From Octopus sinensis (lineage: Eukaryota): a stretch of 64,000 nt of DNA. Shown one piece after another: positions 14,201 to 30,104 of this stretch; position 1 is the first letter of the stretch; the number at the start of each line of letters is the position of its first letter. The stretch lies in NCBI RefSeq assembly GCF_006345805.1, contig NC_043006.1, positions 25,792,001 through 25,856,000 on the forward strand, read 5' to 3'. The position numbers and the translations under genes were made by a program. The notes under the pieces are model-generated. The model did no database searches. It had not been told where the DNA came from and saw only the letters and a list, made by a program, of their open reading frames with translations.

Positions 14201-16886
14201 CAAACTGAATCTTTCATTTATGTAATTTATTCCATCAGTTCTTATGGCAGCAATCTCTTTAAAAACCTACGCATTCTGTTTAAACTGCTTCCATTGATTG
14301 TAGTTCCAACTACAAGCCCCTTTTAACACTGTTTTGAAGATACTGAGTCCACTTAATCTTCAACTATGATATACAAATGAAAATACTAATGAGTAAATTA
14401 ACATATATACCTTTGTAAACAAAGTTTATAATTTTTGTTGTCAGAATTTAGTACTGTAATTTTAAACTGTCATTTTTTTTTTCGATGTTTTAGAGGAGAA
14501 AAAAAAACTTAATGCTTAGTCAGAAGAGGTAGGGCAATACCCCTGACCCTTATGGGAGAAAGTTATCCTCAGACTAGAGGTCAGTCCTGAATGCTTACAG
14601 TAGAATAGTATCCATGAGTCAGAAAGTGATGTTAAATCTGGTGAATGATTAAGTCAACTATCTAACAACAGGAATGCTCCTTCTGATGCTTCCTTGTAAT
14701 TTTCATCCACCAAATTTAAGCTACAAGGTTTTATATTTCTTTACTACACACAAGGGGCTAAACACAGAGGGGACAATCAAGGACAGACAAACGGATTAAG
14801 TCGATTACATCAACCCCAGTGCGTAACTGGTACTTAATTTATCGACCCCGAAAGGATGAAAGGCAAAGTTGACCTCGGCGGAATTTGATCTCAGAACGTA
14901 ACGGCAGACGAAATACGGCTACGCATTTCGCCCGGCGTGCTGACGTTTCTGCCAGCTCGCCGCCTTAGCTACAAGGCTTTAGTCACACTGAACAATAGCA
15001 AGAGACTTTCCCAAGGCACTGTGCAGTGGGAGCAAGCATGTTATTTCAAGGATGTTTTTTATGCAGTTGAGAAAACAGTTTAAGGATACATTAGAGTAAT
15101 TGATCAATAGCACCACTGGAAGTGAGTGGATGATGATAATACCAGGTGGAGCACTGGTAGATAAAACAGTAACAGAAGGATACTGCATATAACTACAATA
15201 CCGTATATTTCACCCATCCCAACACAAAGAAATTTATAAAAGACTAAAGAAGTTACTCAGAGTATTGTCAGAAAGATCAACAAATTAAATTAAAATAAAA
15301 AAATTGTTATTGGATTTTGAATAATTCTGAAATTGATTGTTTGTGTTCTGAATTGATGTATCAACTTATACTGAGATTTCAGCCACTACTATGTCACACA
15401 ACCTGCTAGAAATAGCAGTCAAATTTCTGTCAAACAACATTCTATTGTCTTAAAAAAGGAAACACTGGATAATATATTCTAGACAAACAAGGTGGGTTAA
15501 TCGACAACAACCTACTTTTCTGAATAACAGTTTGAATAGGATAATCAGAACTGGAATAAAGGAAGGCCAAAAATATCTGGAAGCCCTAAAATTGAAGATA
15601 CACAGTTTTTCAGTTTAAGATTTTAAAATCTATTTTTAAGATTATGAAATTCCAGTAACTTCCAATTTGCTTTCTTATTGGTTAATTATACCCATTTTTT
15701 TATTAATAAATTTCCCCAATGATGAGTAATCCAATAAACACGATGGCACTATACACTAAATGAGAAGCAAAATTTAAAAAAAAAACAAAAAACGATAGAC
15801 TTGCTATGCTTTCAAAAATTCAACTTACTTTCAAATCTGTATTGTCCAATTGCAAATTCTGAAGATCAGCATTATAGTCATCATCTAGGCTTGGAGCTGC
15901 TAACAAAGGTTCTGCAAGTTGACTACGATGCATTTCATTTTGGGTTTGTAACTCAGCGATTTGTAATCTGGATTGAATTTACACAAAAACAACTAAAATT
16001 GCTTTGCTCTTTAAAGAATTAAGTCTGAAATTAGATCATTAACTCAAGAATAGAAAATATCAGCAAAACTCCCTTTCAGGATAATAAAATATGTAGTTTA
16101 TAATGACTAGTTTCCTTTTCTGTTGCTATGCTGCCAGTAAAAATATTTGTTAATCATGCATGTACCTTCAGAAATTGGCCAGAGTGAGTCTTTTTTTAAA
16201 GTCTATATTGCATTGTCTATATGTTGAAAGACACACAAACACACACACAAGCAACCCCAAAAAATAACTATATACTGTATATATAGAGGGTTGGCTAAAG
16301 TCACCCAATATTAAATCAAAATTCCATAAATACTATCTGGAATTCTGTATTGACTTGAATGGAAAAATGTGTCGCTCAAGAAGGACTTTGGCTTGAACAA
16401 TTTTCATGCTGTTTCATATTTAGATGCTTTTATTAAATTCATTCAGTTGTTAAACATAAATAAACATTGGAATTAAATGGTTTTGATTAATTCCTAGGTG
16501 ACTTTTGGCCAACATTTTTTAGCCCCAGGCCAGAGACATCAGGACACAGGTTGGAACCTGGGGATCAGGAAAAATCCGAAGATAATTAACCCCTCAACTA
16601 AACCTCTTTGAAGTACAAAAATAGACATCCTCTCAAAAGAGTTAAAATTCACCCCAACTCCATGCAAAGTCAACCAAAATGAAGTGAAGGACAATATAAT
16701 AGAATTCTGTAGAAAATTAAAATGCACAGAAGCATTAACCAATGACTCACTAGTCAAAAACAAAAGTAAACACAATCCCACTGCATGGCATCTTGGGCAA
16801 GTGTCTTCTGCTATAGCCCCGGGCCGACCAATGCCTTGTGAGTGGATTTGGTGGACGGAAACTGAAAGAAGCCTGTCGTATATATG

Positions 16887-16917
<31 letters not shown>

Positions 16918-18017
16918 ATGTTTGTGTGTCTGTGTTTGTCCCCCTAGCATTCTTGACAACCGATGCTGGTGTGTTTACGTCCCCGTCACTTAGCGGTTCG
17001 GCAAAAGAGACCGATAGAATAAGTACTGGGCTTACAAAAGAATAAGTCCCGGGGTGGAGTTGCTCGACTAAAGGCGGTGCTCCAGCATGGCCGCAGTCAA
17101 ATGACTGAAACAAGTAAAAGAGTAAAAAGAGTAAAAGAGAGATATCCCCCACAAAGGAAGAAATAAAAATCTTGATGAATTCTGCAACTACATTGCAAAC
17201 TTTCCCTACCACACCATGCATAAACAGAAAGTCAACTCAAACTTTAGCACTACACAATGGAAGGAACTAACAGAACTTCAAAATAATGAAGATACAACGA
17301 TTAAGAAAGCAGATAAAGGAAGTGCAGTGGTAGTAATGGACACATTATACAATAGAAATATAGCAATCTCCATGCTTAATGACAGTCAACATTGCGAAAA
17401 AATCACAAACTACACCCTGAAAAAATAATGAAAACCCTGTCCTCACTAATTAAAACCCATGGAAAAGAACTGACAACCAAAGAAATTGACTTTTTAACAA
17501 ACTTTAAATGCAAATCTAGCCTTTTCTATGGTCTACCAAAAGTCAGTTCTGGCTGCACCAATTTCTGGAAGAAATTCCAGAAAGGATTAGCAAAGAATTC
17601 ATAATTGAATTAGTTGAATTCATCCTATGAAACAACCACTTCAAGTTTGACAATATGTTTTATCGACAAAAATTCAGAATTGCCATGGGCACCAGGGCAG
17701 CTCCAGTCATTGTGAACCTAACAATGGGCTATCTGGAAATAATAATATACCAGGAATCTTTATCTACCTTTGGAAACCCCCTTTCCCAATACATAAAAGA
17801 AAAATGGAAAAGATTCCTAGATGGCTGCTTCATACTCTGGAATGAAAACACAAACTCCTGAAATTCAAAATTCTATTGAACAGTGTCAACCCAAACATAC
17901 AGTTCACAATGGAGTACAGCCAAAAGTGGCTCCCATTCTTGGATATACTAATTAAAAGAATAAACCTAAAAATAGAAACGGACATATTTTACAAAACCTC
18001 AAACAGTTGAAGGAATC

Positions 18018-18053
<36 letters not shown>

Positions 18054-21000
18054 CTCTCTCTCTGTATTTTTCTCCCAACAACAACTTTTCTCTTTTCCTT
18101 TTTCTAGAAATATGTTGAGACGTATATTTTGATTCCTCCCCTTCTTTCCCCCCATTTAATAGATGTTCTGACAGACAAACCGATGGAGATCAGCTTCTCT
18201 TTTATAATATAAGATTAACATAATTATCAACACAATCAAACTCTAACATATCCTTATCATGTGGATTATTTCTCTGACAGCATAAGTTAAAAATGTATCT
18301 TACCAGCTGTTTCTATTCTTCATCATTTTCCAGTAATATCACTGAAATATGTCTTGTGAAATATGTTGGGTCTTCTACTAAGTCCATGCAAGATTTCCTT
18401 TAGCTTTATGTTACTGTGTGTTTTAGGTGACATACTTTTAGAGGTAATTAAGGAGAATTGCTGAGAGGTGCATAATGTGAATAAAGTTTCAGGCCTTTTT
18501 TTATCTTGAAGTAGCCAATGATGTTAACAATGTTGGAACTTCATTGCCTTTTCTGCAAATATTTTTTAACAGATGCCAACAGGCTTTTGCAATGTCAAAG
18601 ATTACATGTCTGCAGTCACAGCCATTATAAAGTTGTGCATTGCTTATAGAATGTTGTGAAGATGTAGGTATTTGCAGTGGAAAGAATTAAGACTTCTCAT
18701 CTAATTCGTTGTTATTCTACATAGTAAATTCATTTTCAAGTTCACCCAAAAGTAGTGATGAGAGAACAAAAAATATTGTTAGTGTATCTATTTTGTCCAA
18801 AGTTCACGGAAAAACTCCATATTATCACAATCAGCTCATAGGATAACTGCCATTTTTACAGTGTAGCTATCTTTAGCAGTAGTGAGTCACTCCCCTCTAT
18901 CATGACAGACTATATCATCATATACCAAAAATCTCAGGAGGCGTGCACATTGCAATGTCTGTGACAGCATACAAACCACTGACCCTTTAATTTGGTTTCC
19001 TAAAATTTTAAAAACTTGACCATCTCCAGATCTTTACATTTCATTCTAAGAAATCTAATTTCATTTAACAGATAAAAATTATGCAAAACTGTCTACAAAT
19101 CTGAACTTCTGAACACTGGTAGACCAACAATTAGATTATTGGTCTTGAGACCTCATACAGTAATTCAAGAGGTGATCTCTTCTCCAAGCTTACAAAAAAA
19201 TTCAAGCTTCAGAAAGCTAACTTGTCATGGTGGAGGCGCAATGGCCTAGTGGTTAGGGCAGCAGACTTGCGGTCGGAGGATCGCGGTTTCGATTCCCAGA
19301 CCGGGCGTTGTGTGTGTTTATTGAGCGAAAAACACCTAAAAGCTCCACGAGGCTCCGGCAGGAGGTGGTGATCCCTGCTGTACTCTTTCACCACTCTAAA
19401 GGCGGTGCTCCAGCATGGCCGCAGTCAAATGACTGAAACAAGTACAAAAAAAAAAAAAAAAAAAAAAAATAGTGTCCCAGTACGTTTTTCAACTCTATAA
19501 AGGAATTTGAACCTAATATTTCAAACTAGTGAAAAATTTATCAATTATACTCTGAATTTTTCTAACATGAACAATATTCATTTACAACAAAGCAGTAGGC
19601 GAATGGTATCTATAGGCAGAAACGAGATAATTGTCTTTGCCAAAGACAAAATTCAAAGCAACTCTTCAATTCTTTAACTAGTAGTCTAGTATCTATTACA
19701 CCCAATGGTATATCTATGGATCAATAAATGAAAGTAATGGCAGTTAATTCAAAATCATGTATTGTAATCTGAATTGTTAACCTGTCAACTGAGAAAACTA
19801 ACATTCTATTGACTTGGTTGAAAGCTAATCTCCAAACAATTGTTGTGTGAAATAAAACTAACAAGGAATATGAATATCACATGGCCAGCATATGTACTTT
19901 GAATAATACGCACTTGTGCTTTTCTTTTTCCATTTCTAACTGATGCGTTAAGTCAATGACTTGGCGTCGTAGGACCTCCCCATTTGGAGTGCCACTTTGA
20001 ACTGCTTCTAAGGTGCATTGATTTTGAACAACCAATTCCTAGTAAAAAGTAGAAAATAGTATGAACATTGATTACATATATATAAAAAAAAAATACCAAG
20101 CAGCTGGATATGAAACACAGATTGTAGTAAAGGTGGTGAAGCTAGGGTAATTACAAAAACTGTTAAATGGGTGTAGAATAAACATAGCAGCAGAAGCAAA
20201 AAGACAGAAATAGAAAAAAAAAAAATCTAAAATAAAGATGAACAATGTAGCAATAAACTCATAAAAAGACAAATGTAATGGCTATACAATACAGTGAACA
20301 ACAGAAGCAAGAAGCAATGTACTAATAATGGGTGAAAAATACATACATAATGGATGTAACTTAGAATAACTTAGAAAGGTTTTGGCCAGTATTGGCCCAG
20401 GCCATGTCTAACTTAATAGCACCACCTGGCAGATATTGTTTAAATGTTTCAAGAAATAGAAATAAGTCCCAATAAAAGGATGAGGTAATTGTTAAAATGT
20501 GAAAAACCAAGAAAATATGGGATCTTTACCTTTTGACCTACAGATTTAAAAAATAAATTTTTGTAACTAAACACTTTCAAACTTCGGACACTGGTAGAAT
20601 GTGTCATATAAAACATGTTTTACTCTTAGCATTTTTGAGAAAAACTTATATTTACAAATTCACACTACCTTTGCAGACACCTCCTACACCACCACCTTAT
20701 GTTTCACAACCACCATTGCCAACAAATCTTACATTATGTGCTCTGGACACTCTGTACATTAGCCTTGAAAGATATCCAAAACATTTTATATTTAAATCAG
20801 TCAACTGAACTCTTCTTTGCGTTGTTTAGTTGCATGCTTAGTTCTCTGGTACATTGTGTTACATGTGTATATCCTATTCCTGTGGTATTCACACATAATT
20901 TCTTTCTCTAGGCATCAAGCTTTTTTATTGCATTTATGCACATTACATTTCCTTTAATGGCTACTGGCGCAGACACCCATTACACTTTCAGATCAGCCTT

Positions 21001-24000
21001 TTCTGTGACACAACCATTTCCTTTTTATTCCGTCAATTCACCATTGCTTTTTATCTAGCCAGGGAGTTAATAATGTTTGTGAAATTGCTACAACTAGAAA
21101 TTAAAACTGAATCATGAGTTTGGTTTTCTGAGTATTTCTTCTACAATGTAGCATAATTAATGAGATAAGAAATAGAATGAACTCAAATATAAAGTATAAA
21201 CATTCAGTGAAATCTAAAATATAGCTTATAGAAACAGTTTTGAAATTAAGATAAAGCAAACAGAATACCTTTCTCTCATGGTTCCACTCACTGCTAAGAG
21301 CTGACACTTCTTGGTTATGCTGCTTTTGTAGACTTTCCGTCTGCTGGTTAAACTTTGCCTCAAGTTTTCCTTGAAGTTCAACTAATTTTTCCTGGTGGAT
21401 TTGTCCTTCATGATCAATTTGATTTTGGAGCTGGTGAGATTTGTGTTCCATTTCTTCCTGTATTTTCTGAAAGGAATAATTTATGAGGTGGTATCAAAAA
21501 GTCCCCAGATTAGTTATGTTTAATAAAAAAACAAAAAGCTTATTTATCTAAGTTTTAACATCATCTCCTTCGAAATAGTCACCTTGCAGAGCAATACACC
21601 GGTCACATCATTCCTGCCACTTTTGGAATCTGGCTTGGACGTTGTTTTCTGTAAGTGAGTTGAGGACCCTCTGCGATTTGCTCTGGATCTTGACAACAGT
21701 GTTAAAACAGTGACCTTTGAACTGCATTTTCATCTTGGGGAAGAGATGGAAGCCTGCAGGTGCTAAAACTGGCAAATAGGGTGGATCCGGAAGCAATACT
21801 ATATTGTTTTTGGTGAGATACTCACAAGTGGGATTAGATGTTTTACAGTATGTAACTATGTTCCTCATGATTTTGACTTTTACCTTTCACACTTCCAGGA
21901 TTTGATAAAACAAATAATGGAATTATGCAAGCCAAAGTTTTGCAGGTAATTTTCTCTTGACATGGCGCTCTAAAGATTTTGCATACTTATAATGACAATT
22001 ATCGTTGTTCTTGTCTAAATAAAATTGACTAAATCCCTCCATAGTTACATACTGTAAAACATCTAATCCAATTTTCTAGTATCATACTGGGATTTTAAAT
22101 TTAAATTCAAAGAAATGTATTTAAATACTACAAGACATTCTGTCCGATATTCTGCTGAGTGCCAATCCTTGTCATTAGCTAAAGGAAATATTAACTAATA
22201 TATATCATATATCATATTTCAGCTTCAGATGTTACTGAGTAAAACTTACTTGAAGTTCAGTGTGATATTTTTCTTCTAAATCCTCATAAGCCTTCTGGCT
22301 TAAGTTTAGTTCTTTAGTCATTTCATCAATTTCCCTGCGGTGTTGCCGCATCATATTGGTTTCTTCTTGTTGGCAACGTTCTATCAAAATATAAAATTTA
22401 AAAACAAGTTAGCAGATATGGTATTCTGTGTTAGTGAAATTTCACTTTCTTTGTAAAGTCATTAAAAAAAAGAGTGAAACAGAAAATATATCAAAATAGC
22501 AGTTCAGGTACTAGACTATTAACTACATGGACAGGAACTTGGCCTGAATCATAGTGTGATATTATCTAAACAACTAGACAACTCACATTATGACACTTAT
22601 CTCAGGGTTTTTAACTAACTATAAGTATCACTCTCTCTACATTGTTATTGAATAGATAACAATTAAAAGAACAATTAAAAATGTTAGCTCCAGCAATCTC
22701 AAATGTCCAAATTTGCAAAAAATGTCAGTGATGTCTGCATAGAAAATAGATCTAAAGCAGAAGAATTTACTGTTGATGAAATAAGCCTTTACTGTGAAGT
22801 TCAAAGGAGCCTACGTTTTGGTTTCTAAGAATGCAGAAAACAGCTAAAAAAAAAGACTGAATACAGCTCTTCGATAACAGAGAAAAGTAACCCTCAAAAA
22901 TACAAAACACAATGCCTAAAGATTTGATCAATCTAAATACAGGCTTGGTGACTAATTTGAATTTTAGATTAAACATTTGTTATTGAAGCTTTTAGAGTGT
23001 CCCTTATTTTTGGAGTGGTATCCATTTGTGTAAATGTCACTCAGACAATTATTGCAGTTCTTTCAGAACTTTAAAAAAAAATTCTGTTTTTTTAATCAGG
23101 GGAATCTGATGTAGGTGTGTGAACAAGTAATTCAAAAGAAATGGGAGATGGTTATTAAAAATCATTATGCTGTGGTAAAAAGAAAAAATACTGATGTTTA
23201 AGGATCAGCATTTTTATGAAAGAATAGAAGTAAGAGAAATTCTGTGTGCTTTTATATAGGAACCCTGAGAAAGGAGATCAGAGATGAATGGTAGATGTAT
23301 GCAAAAGTAGGGTAAGCAGCAGCAGCAGTCACTGTGCACAAGACATACTGGTATGTATGTGCAGGAGGGTCAACTAATCTGGGTACATCTATGTGCGTTG
23401 AGTGGAGAATTAGAAGAAATATAAACAGTTGCTGATATTGTGGGAAGAGTTTGAAAATAAACCTTTTTGTCCTAAACTTGGTTACTAGCAGAGAGATGTA
23501 CTGTTGTAGTAATATGAAAGTTATGATGGAAATAGCCTAGGAAATTGAAATTGCAATCCATGGGTTTCGGATGACAAGTGTTGTTGCAATGAACATTGAG
23601 CAGGTGCTCTTAGAAGTGATCTGCCAATTTTAACTATGTATGATGCATTACAAAGTTGACATTGAATGTAGTGTAATACATTTTGAAAAGCAGGTATAAA
23701 GAGATGGGGAGCCTGAAAGGTGGAGTTGGAACCATATAAAGTTGTGATGTTAGTAAATAAAGAACAGATCTTACATCTCTCCTAAAAGTAGGCAGATATT
23801 CCAGACTGACTGCGACCAGAAGTTAAGGAACTATGTTCAAGAGGTAAAATGTTATAATTATGTCTGGAAGATGGAAGTGAAACTCAGGAAAGATGGGAGT
23901 AACAGCTGGATCAGATTGTAGAAAGCAAAAATTATGAAGAGTAGTACAATGGGGTGGTTGGATAGTGAGAGAAAGTGAGGGGCAAAGGAACAAAGTAGGA

Positions 24001-27000
24001 TAGGATTAAAGAGATGTGGTCAATGGCTCAAGCTTGGAGACAAACACAAACAAAGTAAGCATGAGAAGGAATTGCAGTGTGAAAGAAGTAGAATATTTGG
24101 TGTGATTTAGCCTCAGAAAGCCTCCATCTTCATTACTGCAGAAGTGACAAAGATGGAGGCAGTGGAAGAAAGGGATAGTAAATTTAGTATGTGTTGGGGA
24201 GGAAGGGAAGAAACAAAGGTAGGGGTTAGAGATGTCAGGTTTATAAAAGACAGGAGTGAGGAGGTGATAAGTTGTCAATGGAAATGAGAATGTCTAAGAA
24301 GTTAATGTTGGAAGTGAAATCCAAAGTGGAGTGAAAAAGAATTGAAAGAAGTAAGCTGCTCCTGCATAACAGAGACATCAACATCATCATCATCATTGTT
24401 CGACCGTGGTCAAGACAATGGAATTTACCATGCTACGCCAGACTTCACGGTCCATCATAGCATTACGGAGGTCCCGTTGCTGGATGCCTATATCCCTGGA
24501 GATTACATCAGGGTAGGAGAGTGTGCACCCTCTGGTATTGCGAGTAGATTGCCTCATTTTCAGCTCTACAACTATGTCCAGCAAACTGGACTCTCCTACC
24601 TTTCACAAGAGATGACACAGGTGGTAGTTTCCCATATATTTGCATTTTGGTTGGATGACGCTTCCATGAGAGATTTTGAGCTCTCATAAGGAGGCGAGTG
24701 TAGGTTCCATCCAACCGCCTCTCAACATTATGGTCATCAATATAATGATCTTATCTAATGATCTGTGGTGGGACCAGTAAACAAAATGAAAATCTGGACC
24801 TCAAGATAACCAACAAACATGTTGGCATAATTAGTACCCCCACTAGTGTAATCAGCCAATGTAGTGATATGCTGGTAGAACCCAGTCAAGGAAGGGAAGC
24901 AACTGAAAGTAAAGATGAGTTTGGTAAGATACAGAAATGTAGGAATATTAAAGTTGAGTGTGGTGCACATGTCAAGAAAGAATCTGAAGGTTAGGATGAT
25001 GATATAGAGGAATTTAATGTTTATAGTAAAAAGGAGTTGAGATGAGCCAAGAGGGAAAGAGCAATTGAAGAAATGAGGTTAGAAATGAATTAGTGTAAAG
25101 TCGTTGGATGGTTTGACATAGATTATAGCATATATAGCATGGAAGTCAGCAATTCTTTTGCCTTAAGTCACACTCTAACTAGAATAGCTGACTGCTCTTG
25201 GGAATTAAAAAAACAACTGATTACATATATGTACACAAGTCCTTTCATCACCACCATCACACCTTTATGTGATTCTAAGTCTACCATCAAAGTTTCCAGC
25301 TGCTTCATGTCTAAATCCAACAGTGTACTCAACATCAAATGTCAACTTACTAAAGCACTGCACATATTTGAAACTTAGCTGATACTTGGCAGATCACTTC
25401 TGAGAGTACCTGTTTCACATTTGTTACAATACCTGTCTGCCTAAACTTATGGGTTACAATTTCAACTTTCTAGACAGTTCCTACTCTATATTCAGATTAC
25501 TCCAATACCATGTCTTCCTATTAGCAGGCAACTTTAGGAGCATAGATTTTCAAACTAGACATGCCAACATTCCACGGCATCAACAATTATTTATAGTTCT
25601 TCTAATTTCCTTCCAACACATATAAATATACTTATAAACATACCTACACCTGTGCTACTTGATTCTGCTGATACATATCAAAGTACTCACATAAATACAC
25701 ACACATCAACTCTACCACTGCTTACCCTTCTCTTTGTGTATGCCCAATGTTCTTCCCACCATTTACTTCTACTCTCCTCTATGCAGAACCCACATCCCTA
25801 TCTACCCACTTCCTTACTCCATTTTTAACAGGACTCTTGTCTAACAGCTCACAGAACTATTTCTTTCTTTTCCTTGATAAGGGGCTTCAACCAGAAATAT
25901 TGAAACTTTTCCATTCTTCACAGTAACTACATTTCTTTTAGCATTCAGATTACCCTGTCAAATGCAATGCTTATTTATTCACATTGATTTCAATTAATCA
26001 TAAATTCTCTTGTAGCTTTGAGATTCCAATGATATGATTGCTTATTTTTACAATGACATTGTTAGGTAGGGGTGAGTAGTAGCCAGATCTAGCCAGTTTA
26101 AACACATAACAGGTAGAAAAGTTTGGGTCAAATGGCTGGTTTAAATGCTGAACGGTTGAAAACAGAAGGTTAATGAAGAATAAATGAAAACTACAAAAAA
26201 TGCTAGTCTTGTCAAAATTTCTAAAAGGCAAATGCTTTATATATGTTTCCACAAACACATTGTAGAAGACAGACTGGTAGCATGGCCTTAAAACCTACAT
26301 GTTATCTTTAATGATAAAACTAGCCAGTTTTAATAATTTTCATATTATTAAAAAAAAAAACCAAAAATGTTAAAATCGATAAAAAAAGTAAAACATTAAG
26401 CATTTTATTTACCTTAACCCTTTCATTACCAACCCGGCTGAAACCGGCTCTGGCTCTGTAGTACAAATGTCTTGTTTTCATAAGTTTTTTAATTAAAATC
26501 TTCCACCAAACCTTAGTCACTGTTCCTAACACTAACTTTTTGATAACTAAGTTATTTTACAAAATTCTGTGTTATATCTAAAATAATTGAAAGAAACACA
26601 GAACATCTCAAAATAAATACAGTAACGAAAGGGTTAAACTACATATTTTTAAAATATATAACTTCAAAGAGAGAAACATTTTGAAAGAATGTTTAATCCT
26701 AAAAAACTTACCCAGTGCTTCATTAAAAGACTCTTCATAGCCTTTGTCTTTCTCCGCCAACTGTTGATGAATATCTTTAACTAATGCTTTGATCTTAGCA
26801 TTGTGTATATTTTCCACTTCCTGCTTCTCAAGCTCATGCTGTTTCTTTAAGAATTCAACTTCTTCTGTATGTTTTTTCTCAGAGTTTAACTTGCTTTCTT
26901 CAGAAGATGATTTTAGTTTTTGCAACTGTTGACTCAAGTTCTCTTTCTCTAGCTTAAGTGACTTTATCTGAGGAAATATTTAACGAAGAAACTCTTTTAT

Positions 27001-28652
27001 ATATCTTGCAGAGTTACAGTTTTGTAAACTTCTAAAATAGAGAGTAGCAGCTGACAAAGTGAATGGTTTGTTGGTTGGTCCAGTTGTTAACAGGAGGATC
27101 AATAGATTCCTTCCTACATAGTCAAGACACTCAAGATATTGATAGCCCAATTTAACTTATGTATAAGTAGACATAGCTCATCATGTTTAACAGCAGAAAC
27201 AACAGTTTCAGTAACTTGCAGTGCTGAGTTGAACTTTTTTAATCATCCATGCCTCTTTCCCAAGAATTGCTACGCAAATATGGGTCATTTCTTAGTTCTC
27301 CATAGAACTTCCTTTCTTTCATTTATTCCCCAAAATAAACCTACAATTTTACAAATCCATATATACTACATCAATCATAAGAGTGGACAAGATAGGTGAG
27401 AATAAATTATAAGAAATAAGTAACCCAAAATCTAAGGAATCTAATCTCAAAAACATACTGCATGCCACTTCATCTCTCCAGACCATTTCCACTTACATCT
27501 TACCATTGGTGGTCTTTCACAACATAAGTTTCTTTCTAGCTTGCTCCCAAGAGAACAAAAAAATGATTTTCTTATTGAGAATGGCTGCTCTTGCTCGAAT
27601 CAAAACTGCTTAGCTTTCCTCTCACATCCACTCCATTTACACCATCTAAATCTTCTATATATACCTATTCACACATATATGTTGCTGTGTATACACAAGC
27701 TTATTTTACTTTCAATTATATATAAGTAGAGACTTCAAACTTGAAATCTTCAAAGCCACAGTCGAACCAATTCTACTATATGGCTCAGAAACTTGGACGT
27801 TATCAAAGAAGCTTGAGAGGTGGTTTGATGGAATTTACACTCGCCTCCTTATAAGAGTTCAAAATCTCTCATGGAAGCGTCATCCAACCAAAATGCAAAT
27901 ATATGGGAAACTACCACCTGTGTCATCTCTTGTGAAGGGTAGGAGAGTCCAGTTTGCTGCACATTGTTGTAGAGCTGAAAACGAGGCAATTTCTACTCTT
28001 CTCCTCTGGAAGCCATCTACTCGCAATACCAGAGGGCGCACACTCTCCTACCCTGATGTAATCTCCAGGGATACAGGCATCCAGCAACAGGATCTCCGTA
28101 ATGCTATGATGGACCGTGAAGTCTGGCGTAGCATGGTAAATTCCATTGTCTTGACCACGGTCGAACAATGACGATGATGATATATTGTCTCACTTTCTTC
28201 TACCTATACTACATATAACATCCCCTTTTCTTTTTGTGCATCATCAACAGTCACTCACAATCAATTACATTCTCTTCTGCCAGAAACTATACACTCAAGC
28301 CCTCTCCCATTCTACTGACAGTCATTCTTGTTCAATAACACATGTAAAAAATTTTCTCTAACTTATATTTTTTCTGTCTTGATAAAGTGCTTCTTGCTCG
28401 AAATATATATACTTTTATCTTTAACTTGTTTCAGTTTTTAAACTGTGGTCATGCTAGGGCAGCATCTTGAAGCATCTTTAGCTGAATGAGTTTCATTTAT
28501 TAAAGTTTGGTACTTATTCTATCAGTTCTCTTTTGCCAAACCACTAAGTTACGTGATGTAAACATATCATAACTGGTTGGCAAGTGGTAGTGAGGGACAA
28601 ACACAGACATACACACAAATAAATAAATAAATAAAACTGAAAGAAGACTATC

Positions 28653-28718
<66 letters not shown>

Positions 28719-30056
28719 TTTATTTAAAAGCAGATTACTCTACCCCTGGTATTTGAGTACTCTTTTTTTCCACCTTGTTTCACATTTATGTGTTTACTCC
28801 GGTATATATATATATATATACACACGATAGTCTTCTTTCAGTTTCCATTTACTCACAAAGCTTTGGTTAGCCTGAGGCTATTGTAGAAGACACTTGCCCA
28901 AGGTGCCATGCAGTGGAACTGAAACCAGAACCATATGGTTACAAAGCAAGCTTCTGTCAACATAGACCCTTCTTTACCATTTTTTTCATAGTTTAATACA
29001 TTGACTTTGTTTACTCCTGTTTTGATGTGTTTTTAATCACAAATATGCTTACAAGCAAACTTTCCTCCTGGACATCATGCTAAAAGATGTGGGGATGGGG
29101 TATTTTGTGATGCACAAAATTCCCAAGATGATCAAAGGTTCCCATACAAAGCTCATCAAAACCCATAAATTTACAACTGTTCTTCTATCCTGCTAAACTG
29201 GCATGAAGTATCAATTTATGAAAGATTATATTGTGGTTAATAATTCTACATAAAATAGTTATTACCTCAGTTTCATGCATTTCTTCTTGTTGGCTGATTT
29301 TCATTTCAAGATTCAAGAGTTGTCGGTTTAGCTGTTCGTTTTCAGATTTTACCTGTGATTCAGATGTCCGTTTATTCTCAGCAAGCTGAAGTTTGTCTTG
29401 TAAGATGTTCTCTCGGTCTCTCATTTTCTCTAAGTGATCAATCTGCAATTATAACAATTTGAAGATAAGCCAATGGCAAAGTACAAATACCAGCACTTGT
29501 CCTTTTAGAAATAACAGTGAAATTTTCCTCAAATCAACTCCTACAACCTTAAAAAGGAAGGATACATTGGATATTGCAGTCCTTTGCTACCATAACTCCT
29601 CGTTGCTTTAATAGATTCTCTGGTGTAATCCTTTCATGTAAACACAAATTTTGTTCCACTTTTGCCCATTATGCATATATGTATGTGTGTGTGTATAGAT
29701 ATATGCATGCATCAATGTATGTATATCTATATATACATCAATAAATATATATCAATAGATATATGTATAGATCTGTGTATGTGCTTGTGTATATAAGCAT
29801 ATATGATCATGCATGTGTTTCTATATGTGGGGACATGAGTGTGTGTGTCTTGTGTGGGTATACATCTCCAAATGTTTGTGTATGTATTTACATGGATGTG
29901 GACTTGAGAGCACCTCTGTAGATGTGTGTATATGTGAATGCATTTTGTGTTGTATGTGAATATATGTTTTCGTATTTATGAATGCATGCATGCATCTGTG
30001 TGTATGCGTGTGCATGCGGATATGTGTACATGTATGTGTCCACATGGATGTTTCTG

Positions 30057-30104
<48 letters not shown>

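Noticed and set aside
19232-19310. tRNA gene
   Set aside because: A and B boxes are present but the acceptor stem is not recoverable and the sequence runs into a SINE tail and poly(A)
25872-25905. Hammerhead remnant in the old PLE
   Set aside because: Resembles ctgatgaaggg...ccgaaacg but the core is too mutated to call
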